A stretch of DNA of 45,364 bases from IMG/VR virus record IMGVR_UViG_3300037604_000088, positions 1-45,364 of that record; one strand, given 5' to 3'. Source of the stretch: a virus. Its lineage: Duplodnaviria; Caudoviricetes. The notes beneath the pieces were generated by a model that saw only the letters and a list, made by a program, of their open reading frames with translations, did no database searches and was not told where the DNA came from. The position numbers and the translations under genes are program-made. This document shows positions 36,701 to 44,086 of the stretch, piece after piece (positions within the stretch are counted from its first letter, which is position 1; each line of letters starts with the position of its first letter).

Positions 36701-37185
36701 GGCATCGCCGCCGCGACCTCGGCGGTCACGTCGCGAACCCCGGGGGCGGACCACACTTCCTCTCGCAGGATGAATTTGTGGCTGTTGGTGTGAGCGACGT
36801 AGGTTGACCGCGCCTCCACTACGCCGCGCGGGATCAGCGCCGCCCTGACCACGCAGAAGTCATCATCGAAGATCACGCCCGCCAGCACGTCGAAGTGCCC
36901 GCTCGCAAGGTCGCGGATTGCCGACAGCTGGCGCGACGGGTTGCGCCGGTGGACCCGCCGCCCCTTGATCTGGAAGCGCGTCCCGTCCGGCCCGGTCGCA
37001 TCGTATCCCCGCTCAGAGTTCGGGGCCTGCGTCCAGCCGAAGGCGGAGCAGAACAGGTGTTCGGCAAGGTCGCCGGTCGGGTTGTTGGCACTGCGCACGA
37101 CGCCCCGCGACCGCAGCTCCTCGCCTATCTGGGCGTGGAGCGCGAGCAGTTCGGCGGCGGTCAGTTGAGCAAGGTCAGGCAACAA
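36697..37185 (-). CDS. Small PD-(D/E)xK nuclease-like protein (DUF6998-like)
   Basis: NNPTGDLAE, GYDA...RFQIK motifs; start uncertain (TTG 37185/37182). Confidence 0.75.
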   Translation of the reverse strand: MLPDLAQLTAAELLALHAQIGEELRSRGVVRSANNPTGDLAEHLFCSAFGWTQAPNSERGYDATGPDGTRFQIKGRRVHRRNPSRQLSAIRDLASGHFDVLAGVIFDDDFCVVRAALIPRGVVEARSTYVAHTNSHKFILREEVWSAPGVRDVTAEVAAAMP

Positions 37186-37230
37186 GTATCTTCCAGGGCG
37201 GCATCTCACTTATTCGACAATAATATCCCG

Positions 37231-37395
37231 ATGATGCACACTCCCGCCACCATCGACATTGCACCCAAGCCGTTTCAGGCACGCAACCTGTCGCTGCCCC
37301 TCGAATGGGACCCGTTGCTTGTTGGCGGGCGCGGCAGCGGCAATAGCAATGCCGTGATCCTTGAGGTCTTCCGCCGTGGCGAGCCCGGCGAATGA
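37231..37395 (+). pseudogene. N-terminal relic of a non-lambda terminase large subunit
   Basis: IAPKPFQARNLSLPLEWDPLLVGGRGSGNS: Q motif plus degenerate Walker A (GGRGSGKS with K to N), truncated after 54 aa. Confidence 0.5.
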
Positions 37396-37544
37396 CAGGT
37401 CCCAGCCCCAAAGCTGCCGGTTTCATCCGCTGCGACCAACTGCGGGCAAACACAGCAAGAAGACGTGAGAGACGAGGGTATAATTTTATTGACGAGCCGC
37501 TTCAGGTTGCCTCAACTTAACCATGTATTCGGGAAAGGTGATTC

Positions 37545-39425
37545 ATGCGGCTTGTCGGTCTAACGGTTGAGAACTTCCGGTGCTACGTCGCACCTATTTC
37601 AGTTCGTTTTGACCACCTTACAGCATTGGTCGGTCGCAACGACGTCGGCAAGTCGTCGTTGATGGACGCCCTCGCGATCTTCTTCGAGACGATCAATCCG
37701 GACAAGGATGATGCAAGCAAGAACGGTGAGCCGAAGCTCATGCGCATCAGTTGTGAGTTCGATCAGTTGCCAGATTCCATCGTCGTGGACGCCGATTTCC
37801 CAACCACGCTCGCCTCGGAGTATCTGTTGAGCAGATCTGGCACGCTCGTCGTCAGAAAAACCTACAACGGAGCGCTCGCCACCCCCAAGGCTTCATCCAT
37901 TGAAGCCATAGCGATGCACCCTACTGCCGAGGGTTACCACGACCTTCTGGCCCTGAAGAAGGCTGACCTTGCCAAGAGGGCTGCAGATTTGGGAGTCGAC
38001 CTCAAGGATGTCGACAAACGCGCAAATGCACCGGTGAGATCAGCTATCTGGGCCGCATGTGACGACCTAAAGCTCGCTGAGGTTCCCGTCTCTCTCGAGG
38101 CCGAGGGAGGTAAGCAGGCATGGGCAGCAATGCAGCAATTTTTGCCGACCTTCGCATTGTTCAAGTCTGATCGAGCGAGCACCGATCAAGACGCCGAAGC
38201 ACAAGACCCCTTAAAGGCGGCTATCCGTGAAGCCATCAAGGCGGTGGAACCGAAGTTGCAGGAGGTCAAGGAATACGTCGAAGCCGAGGTCAAGAAAATT
38301 GCCGCAGCGACCGTTGATAAGTTGCGGGAGATGGATGCATCCGTCGCTGAGACACTTGACCCCGTCGTAACGACGAAAAAGTGGGACTCGCTCTTTTCTA
38401 CCAGCATTACCGGTGACGAGGGAATACCGCTCAACAAGCGTGGAAGTGGAGTCAAGCGACTAGTCCTATTGAATTTTTTCCGAGCACAAGCCGAGAAGAA
38501 CGCTGCTGAACGGAACTCTACGTCCATCATCTACGCGATTGAAGAACCTGAAACGAGCCAACATCCGAGAAATCAGCGTTTGCTGCTAAAGGCTCTGAGA
38601 GAGCTAGCCGTCGCCGCCGGAAGACAGGTCATCATCACCACACACACGCCCGTGCTGGCGCGCCACCTGCCCGAGTGCGACGTTCGCTTCATACAACGGG
38701 ATGGCGCGGGTCTTCGGAGCGTCGACGAAGGCAGCCCCGCCATTTCGGCAGAGATAGCCAAGTCGCTTGGCGTTCTACCTGATCACAACGTAAAGGTATT
38801 TGTCGGCGTTGAGGGGCCGCATGACATTTCGTTCCTCACAGGAATGGCGCGCATCTTACGTGCCGCTGGTGAGGATGTGCCTGACCTGGAGCAGCTTGAG
38901 GTTGACGGAGAACTCATCTTTATTCCGCTCGGCGGCAGCAACTTGGCGGTTTGGAGCTCTCGGCTGAAGGCCCTTAATCGCCCCGAACTTCATATCTGCG
39001 ACAGAGACAACCCACCACCGGCAAACCCCAAGTATCACGACCACATGGTAGCAGTGAATGGCCGGGCGGGATGCCTTGCTGTCGCAACAAACAAGCGTGA
39101 GCTTGAGAATTACTTGCATCATGAAGCCATCACCGAATTTTACGCCGCCAATGGGGTGGCGATAGCTTTTGGGGTACCGTTCGCTGACTTTGACGACGTG
39201 CCGCAATGCGTTGCCGAGGCACTTCATTTGGCGAGCGGTGGAGATGCTTGGGGCAACCTACCTCAGGAAAAGCGCAGTAAGAAGATTCGCGGCGCCAAGT
39301 CATCCTTGAACAATGGGATAGTTACTTTCATGACTCCCGACCGACTAAATCAGACTGATCCCGACAACGAAATCCGCACTTGGTTCCGTGAAGTGGCTCG
39401 AATGCTAGAGGAGTTTGATGCTTGA
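37545..39425 (+). CDS. OLD-family ATP-dependent nuclease (ABC ATPase + TOPRIM)
   Basis: GRNDVGKS, RGSGVKR, IYAIEEPE, ITTH; TOPRIM VEGPHD, DRD, RELENYL. Confidence 0.92.
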   Translation: MRLVGLTVENFRCYVAPISVRFDHLTALVGRNDVGKSSLMDALAIFFETINPDKDDASKNGEPKLMRISCEFDQLPDSIVVDADFPTTLASEYLLSRSGTLVVRKTYNGALATPKASSIEAIAMHPTAEGYHDLLALKKADLAKRAADLGVDLKDVDKRANAPVRSAIWAACDDLKLAEVPVSLEAEGGKQAWAAMQQFLPTFALFKSDRASTDQDAEAQDPLKAAIREAIKAVEPKLQEVKEYVEAEVKKIAAATVDKLREMDASVAETLDPVVTTKKWDSLFSTSITGDEGIPLNKRGSGVKRLVLLNFFRAQAEKNAAERNSTSIIYAIEEPETSQHPRNQRLLLKALRELAVAAGRQVIITTHTPVLARHLPECDVRFIQRDGAGLRSVDEGSPAISAEIAKSLGVLPDHNVKVFVGVEGPHDISFLTGMARILRAAGEDVPDLEQLEVDGELIFIPLGGSNLAVWSSRLKALNRPELHICDRDNPPPANPKYHDHMVAVNGRAGCLAVATNKRELENYLHHEAITEFYAANGVAIAFGVPFADFDDVPQCVAEALHLASGGDAWGNLPQEKRSKKIRGAKSSLNNGIVTFMTPDRLNQTDPDNEIRTWFREVARMLEEFDA

Positions 39426-39582
39426 ATGGCTAACCATCAACATCGACAAGCCGATCTGCGTCCTGTGGTTAGCCATTTGCTGAACTGAAAACCACAACTC
39501 TTCAATGGCAGCTGTCTCCGCGCTCTTCTGCCATTCGTGAATATTGCAGCGAATGGCAGTTCACCGTCCATACCGACGGTGT

Positions 39583-40242
39583 TCATCTCAGCTCCCAGGG
39601 CTTCGCCTTTGGCATTGCGGATGTAATTTTGACTTCTCGCAGTATCCTACCCGCCGTCAGCCCGTCCCGGATCCAGCCCAGTGCCTGCCACCAGTCGTCA
39701 TAGGCGCGCCGCGCTGCCTCGATCTGATGCGGGTGCGGGGAGAATGTCACCGGGCAGGCACGAACCTCGAGCGTGCGCCATTTGCCCCGGACGAGAACCC
39801 GTTCCGTACCGACTACGACGCTGACGGCGCGATCGCCATGGCGGGTGCGCTTGATCTCCACCGGCACACATCGCGGCACGGCCCCCGGCATCCAGTCCGG
39901 GGTGAGCCCGGCGCGCGCCAGTTCCGCGACCCGGATCGCCATGCGCTTGCCGCCCTGGCTGTCGGGGATCCCGGCGACAATGGCCGCGATCACCTCGGCA
40001 TCCGGATGGGTGTAGCTGCCGATCTTGTGCTGCCCGCCATCGACCTTGCAGCCCAGCGCGGCGCGTTGCAGCAGGACGTATTCCAAACCAAAGCCGAAGC
40101 CTTCCTCAGGTGCATCCCGGGGCGGGGGCAACTCGAGCTGCGCCTTCTCGACCCGGAAGGCCCATTCCAGCGCCGCCTGCACGCCCAGCGCGCGCTTCAC
40201 CTTCGTGCCGCCGGTGCGTCCTATCCGTCCATGGAAGCTCAT
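39583..40242 (-). CDS. Conserved phage protein, putative late-gene regulator
   Basis: Last gene of early operon before cos/late region; ALEWAF, HPDAE.I motifs; ATGA overlap with upstream frame. Confidence 0.6.
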   Translation of the reverse strand: MSFHGRIGRTGGTKVKRALGVQAALEWAFRVEKAQLELPPPRDAPEEGFGFGLEYVLLQRAALGCKVDGGQHKIGSYTHPDAEVIAAIVAGIPDSQGGKRMAIRVAELARAGLTPDWMPGAVPRCVPVEIKRTRHGDRAVSVVVGTERVLVRGKWRTLEVRACPVTFSPHPHQIEAARRAYDDWWQALGWIRDGLTAGRILREVKITSAMPKAKPWELR

Positions 40243-41501
40243 GGCTGCAGTCCTTCAAAGAGGCTCATCTGTGTCGGGTGCCGGGCCGGGCCCGATGGCC
40301 ACCAGATCCACGGGCCCGAGGCCATGGGCAGCTGCGAGAGTGCGCCACGCATATGCTGCTGCCAGAGGGTGAACTCCGTTGCCGAGCAGGCGCAGAGCGC
40401 GTGCCCGATGGGCCAGCCCATCAGCCATCCGACGAAGAGCGGATTCAGCCGCCGCCTTGCGCGACCCTTCAGGATTCGCCGACATGCGGCGCGCCCATGC
40501 GAGGCAATCATCGAAGCCCAGAGCGGGCGCGAGATCGGGGCGTGCGGCGAGCACCGCGGCCCACCCGGCGTGATCGCCGGGTCCGGGCGGGTGAAGCCCT
40601 GCTCCGCCCGGTAGTGCAGGATGTCGAGGCGGCTCTTGCCATCGGACCGGGTGATGCTCGCCTCCGAGCTCCCCTTCCAGTTCTGCGCCGCCGGGGTCGG
40701 CCATTGCAGCGCCTGTGCGCTGCGCTTCGGCTCGCCCCGGCTGTTGATCTTCCCGCGGATCCGGTCCACCTGATCGTCCGCCACCGGTGTCTGCCACTGA
40801 GTGGCCTGCGCGGGCAGCGGCGGCGTCCCGCCCGAGCCATGGCTCTGGCCCGGACCGCCCATCGTGCCGTCCGTCGCTTTCGACGCTGCCCGGTTGGCGA
40901 TGCCCAGCGCCAGCGCCTCCGCCTTGCGGGTAAAGTCGCTGTTCCCCGCCGGGTTGTAGCTGGCGGTACCGGGATGCAGGCTCATCGGTGTGGGCCAGGA
41001 TGAAGATGCGGAGCCGCTGGTGCGGCGCACCGACTTCTGCCGCGCTGAACAGACCCGCCGCAGTCGTGTAGCCCATGTCCCAAAGCTCTCGCAGGACGGT
41101 CTCGAGCCCGAGGGTGACGTGACCGGCGACGTTCTCGAGGAACACCCATTCGGGACGGCACTCTTCGATAACGCGGGCGATCTCGGGCCAGAGGTGGCGG
41201 GGATCGTCTGCGCCGCTGCGCTTGCCGGCCGCGCTGAAAGGCTGACAGGGATATCCCGCGAGGACGATATCGAAGGCACCGCGGAAGGGCCGCGCGTCGA
41301 AGCTGCGCAGATCATCCCAGATCGGGGCAGGGGCGAAGTACCCCGCGCGCTGGGCCGCGATGAGGATAGTTCGGGGCCAGTCCTCCCATTCGACGAGGGC
41401 GCGGGTGTGATAGCCGGGCTCGGCGAGCATGAGGCCCATATCCAGGCCTCCGCCGCCTGCGCAGAGGGACAATCCGTTTCGGGGACGTGACACCATGCCA
41501 T
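40239..41501 (-). CDS. Overlapping alternative-frame MTase partner (beta polypeptide: WPTP repeats, motif IX-like, terminal QMSLF)
   Basis: 420-aa open frame; ATG right after upstream stop; stop overlaps next ATG; LNPLFVGWLMGWP. Confidence 0.75.
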   Translation of the reverse strand: MAWCHVPETDCPSAQAAEAWIWASCSPSPAITPAPSSNGRTGPELSSSRPSARGTSPLPRSGMICAASTRGPSAVPSISSSRDIPVSLSARPASAAAQTIPATSGPRSPALSKSAVPNGCSSRTSPVTSPSGSRPSCESFGTWATRLRRVCSARQKSVRRTSGSASSSWPTPMSLHPGTASYNPAGNSDFTRKAEALALGIANRAASKATDGTMGGPGQSHGSGGTPPLPAQATQWQTPVADDQVDRIRGKINSRGEPKRSAQALQWPTPAAQNWKGSSEASITRSDGKSRLDILHYRAEQGFTRPDPAITPGGPRCSPHAPISRPLWASMIASHGRAACRRILKGRARRRLNPLFVGWLMGWPIGHALCACSATEFTLWQQHMRGALSQLPMASGPWIWWPSGPARHPTQMSLFEGLQP

Positions 41502-41505
41502 TCAC
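40255..41505 (-). CDS. C5 cytosine DNA methyltransferase, catalytic (alpha) frame
   Basis: Motif I SLCAGGGG, IV GYPCQPFS, VI ENV, VIII HQRLRIF, X LGNGV; GTG start overlapping upstream TGA. Confidence 0.92.
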   Translation of the reverse strand: MNGMVSRPRNGLSLCAGGGGLDMGLMLAEPGYHTRALVEWEDWPRTILIAAQRAGYFAPAPIWDDLRSFDARPFRGAFDIVLAGYPCQPFSAAGKRSGADDPRHLWPEIARVIEECRPEWVFLENVAGHVTLGLETVLRELWDMGYTTAAGLFSAAEVGAPHQRLRIFILAHTDEPASRYRQLQPGGEQRLYPQGGGAGAGHRQPGSVESDGRHDGRSGPEPWLGRDAAAARAGHSVADTGGGRSGGPDPREDQQPGRAEAQRTGAAMADPGGAELEGELGGEHHPVRWQEPPRHPALPGGAGLHPPGPGDHAGWAAVLAARPDLAPALGFDDCLAWARRMSANPEGSRKAAAESALRRMADGLAHRARALRLLGNGVHPLAAAYAWRTLAAAHGLGPVDLVAIGPGPAPDTDEPL

Positions 41506-42566
41506 CGCACCCCCCGCGCGCGCAGGCGCTCGAGCGTGACCAGCCCCCGCGCGAGCATGGCGTGGCACATGGCGTTGCTGATCATGCTGGCAGGCAGATG
41601 TTCGTCGGAATTGACCTTGGCGGCGTAGAAGACGGCCAGTTCGTCCTCGCTGGGCCTCGGGCCGGTCCCTCGTTTGCGCCGCCGCGTCTCGCCACGGCCG
41701 CTTGTCGACCCGGTCTTCGCACCCGCCGCCTCGCTCTGCCGCAGGCGCTGGGCTGCTCGTTGCATCGCCCGGTCGAGGGCCCTGGGCCCATCGGGTGGCT
41801 CGGGGTGATCGCGGCGTGATGCCTCGGTGACGGCGAGGATCGTGTCCTCGTCGAGGCCCAGATCGTCCCGCCAGCGCCGGACATGCTCGCGCGGTGGCCA
41901 GCCCTGCCACCAGCCGGGCAGGGCGGTGAGATCGAGGCCCAGCGCGCGGATCAGCTCCCCGAAAAACTCCTCGGAGATGGCCTCGCGCGCCTGCGCGTCC
42001 TCCTCCTCCTTTACTGGTTTGTTTAGAGGTTCCCTTACAGGGTTAGTGTCTCGATTTGAGACACGGGAACTGCCATTTTTGAGACACGGGGTCGCGTCAG
42101 AATGAGACACGGGCCCGTGTCCCGTTTCGAGACACGGGTTTGGCGGCGATACAGGCGACAAGCCATTGCAGGATCGCGCTTTTTCCGATGTTGGCCCGTG
42201 TCTCAAATCGGAACACGGGATTTCAGCTGGGCCCGCGTCGAACGGCGCTCCGGACGCAGGGTCCGGGTCGCTGGACCCGGGCGGGGGGAAGTCCGGCTCG
42301 AACCCCAGCATGTACCGGGTTGGACGCTGCCGCCGGGTCTTGGCATCGACATTCCGGATGCGTCGGATCAGACCGCGGGCCTCGAGATCATCGAGACGGC
42401 GGTTGAGTGTCGCGCGGCTGATCTCGCAATCATGGGCCAGCCGCGCCTGCGAGGGGAAACAGCCATAATCCGGATTGAACCGGTCACACAGATGCCAGAG
42501 CACGATCCTGGCAGTGGGTTTCAGTCCGCGCTGCCTGATGGCCCAGTTGGTGGCTTCATGGCTCAT
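41502..42566 (-). CDS. Phage replication initiator (N-terminal wHTH, lambda O-like organisation)
   Basis: RIVLWHLCDR...CFPSQARLA.DCEISRAT...L..LE..GLI; internal iterons. Confidence 0.85.
   Translation of the reverse strand: MSHEATNWAIRQRGLKPTARIVLWHLCDRFNPDYGCFPSQARLAHDCEISRATLNRRLDDLEARGLIRRIRNVDAKTRRQRPTRYMLGFEPDFPPPGSSDPDPASGAPFDAGPAEIPCSDLRHGPTSEKARSCNGLSPVSPPNPCLETGHGPVSHSDATPCLKNGSSRVSNRDTNPVREPLNKPVKEEEDAQAREAISEEFFGELIRALGLDLTALPGWWQGWPPREHVRRWRDDLGLDEDTILAVTEASRRDHPEPPDGPRALDRAMQRAAQRLRQSEAAGAKTGSTSGRGETRRRKRGTGPRPSEDELAVFYAAKVNSDEHLPASMISNAMCHAMLARGLVTLERLRARGVR
42046..42226. repeat. Iteron array / putative replication origin
   Basis: GAGACACGGG at 42058, 42081, 42104, 42129 plus inverted CCCGTGTC copies at 42114 and 42195; AT-richer stretch at about 42010-42045. 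Confidence 0.8.
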
Positions 42567-42988
42567 GGCGCAGACCTCAGCGCAGAACTGGCGGTATGGC
42601 GATGGGCTCCATCCTGCTGCACCACACGCGTGGTGAAGCCGTGATCGGCCAGCGCGCCCAGCGCCTCATCGAGCGAGCGCACCAGCGCCCAGCCGAAGCC
42701 CTGCGCGAGAACGGCGTCGCGGAAGGCCGCCTGCGCGGGGCTGAGCCGCCCCTTGAGGGATTTCAGCTCGAGGAACAGCACGCGGCCGTCGCTGAGGATC
42801 ATCAGATCGGCAAATCCGGGATGTACGCCCATGCCGACCAGGATGGCTTGGCGTTTCGCACCGCGTGGCCCGGGCTCGGTCACCTCGTTGGCGCAGTGAT
42901 GGATGATGGCTGTGCGGGGCAGGGCGAACCGCAGCGCCTGCACCACCGCGCGCTGCAGATCGGCCTCGGGGGTGCCGCGGCGCTTCAT
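42563..42988 (-). CDS. VRR-NUC domain nuclease
   Basis: E..LQ, GVHPGFADL...FLELKS..GRLSPAQ. Confidence 0.88.
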   Translation of the reverse strand: MKRRGTPEADLQRAVVQALRFALPRTAIIHHCANEVTEPGPRGAKRQAILVGMGVHPGFADLMILSDGRVLFLELKSLKGRLSPAQAAFRDAVLAQGFGWALVRSLDEALGALADHGFTTRVVQQDGAHRHTASSALRSAP

Positions 42989-43254
42989 CGCCCGCCCTCC
43001 CGGTCGGGCCGGGCGTGATCGACGCGGCCAGGCGATTTTCCATCGAGCACGACCAGCAGGATCCGCGCGTCCTCGCGCTCTTCGGCCGTCTGGCCATGCC
43101 GGACCAGCACGTTGCAGGCGAGCCGCACGAGGTGATCGGAATGATGGACCACGTCGGCGACCACGATGCGCGCCTCGCGCAGCCGCTCCTCGATCCAGTT
43201 CTGGCGGGCCTCGTCGCGGCGGCTGTTCTTGCGGAAGGGCAGGGGGATGTTCAT
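42985..43254 (-). CDS. Hypothetical protein
   Basis: ATGA-coupled in early operon. Confidence 0.75.
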   Translation of the reverse strand: MNIPLPFRKNSRRDEARQNWIEERLREARIVVADVVHHSDHLVRLACNVLVRHGQTAEEREDARILLVVLDGKSPGRVDHARPDREGGR

Positions 43255-43496
43255 CGACGTGCTCCCCGGCGTTGGGGGGCGGGCGCTTCCTGCTGTACGA
43301 GCCAGTCCTGCACCGCATCGCGGCGGTAATAGATCTTGCGCCCGGCCCGCACGCAGGGCGGGCCGAAGCGCAGCTTTTCCCAGCGATGCAGGGTTTCGAC
43401 TGTGACACCGAGCTCAAGGGCAAGATCGAGGCGGCTGATCCAGCCGCTCAGCAGGCGAGGTTTGCCGGTCCTGGGGGACGTTGCTGTTTCTGTCAT
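43251..43496 (-). CDS. Excisionase/AlpA-like HTH protein
   Basis: LALELGVTVETLHRWE...GPP....GRKIYYRR..V.DWL; SD AGGAG. Confidence 0.85.
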   Translation of the reverse strand: MTETATSPRTGKPRLLSGWISRLDLALELGVTVETLHRWEKLRFGPPCVRAGRKIYYRRDAVQDWLVQQEAPAPQRRGARR

Positions 43497-43572
43497 TCTG
43501 TCTCTCCTGTTCATCGCCCGGCATGGGCGGAGTTCAGGGCCTCAGAAGCGCAGAGCCGGAAGGGTGGCGGGA

Positions 43573-44006
43573 AGGCAGAGACCGGCGGTGATGCGCCCGA
43601 ACCTTGCCGGTCATTGATATCGTTGGATTTTCCGGAGATTTGGCGTCATGACGCAAAATGCGCGCGGTGCCCGATCGAACGCGGAGACAGTGTCGCATGT
43701 CCTCGAACACGGGATTTCAGGGCCGATTTACAGGATTTCGCCGTGTTTTGCGTAACTTGGCAGGCATCCACGCGCATTGAGCCAACCTGCAAGGGGTCCG
43801 GACCCTTGCCGGTCATTGATTTCAAACGGAATTTACAGATTTGGCAGTGAGCCTGATTGCACTATTCGCGCTTACACGGGCCGACCAGCGGTCCCGTGCA
43901 GCGGTTCCCCGCCAGATTCGCGCAATGCGATCCACGCGCGCCCTCGATTTCTCCCATGAAATCAATGACCGGCAGCCTTTTGACGCATCACCGCCGGTCG
44001 CCGCCT
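43573..44006. repeat. 55-bp imperfect inverted repeats (43573-43627 and 43952-44006) with a third partial copy at 43804-43823
   Basis: 44/55 identity by manual alignment, with two perfect blocks GACCGGCGGTGATGCG and TGCCGGTCATTGAT. Confidence 0.9.
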
Positions 44007-44086
44007 ATGCGCCGGTCGGGGGCGCATGCTTCGCTTGATATGCCTGCGCATCTACGCCTGTGTCATGCGCAGCGGGAGGCGTGACG

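Noticed and set aside
37517-37524. CtrA half-site TTAACCAT upstream of OLD
   Set aside because: Single short match without a second TTAA; could be chance
37545-39425. Gabija, retron or PARIS system
   Set aside because: No UvrD-like GajB, no RT/msr-msd and no separate AriB-like gene adjacent
41506-41910. N-terminal extension of the MTase ORF (551 aa)
   Set aside because: Overlaps the rep gene and has no motifs; the GTGA-coupled start at 41505 is more plausible
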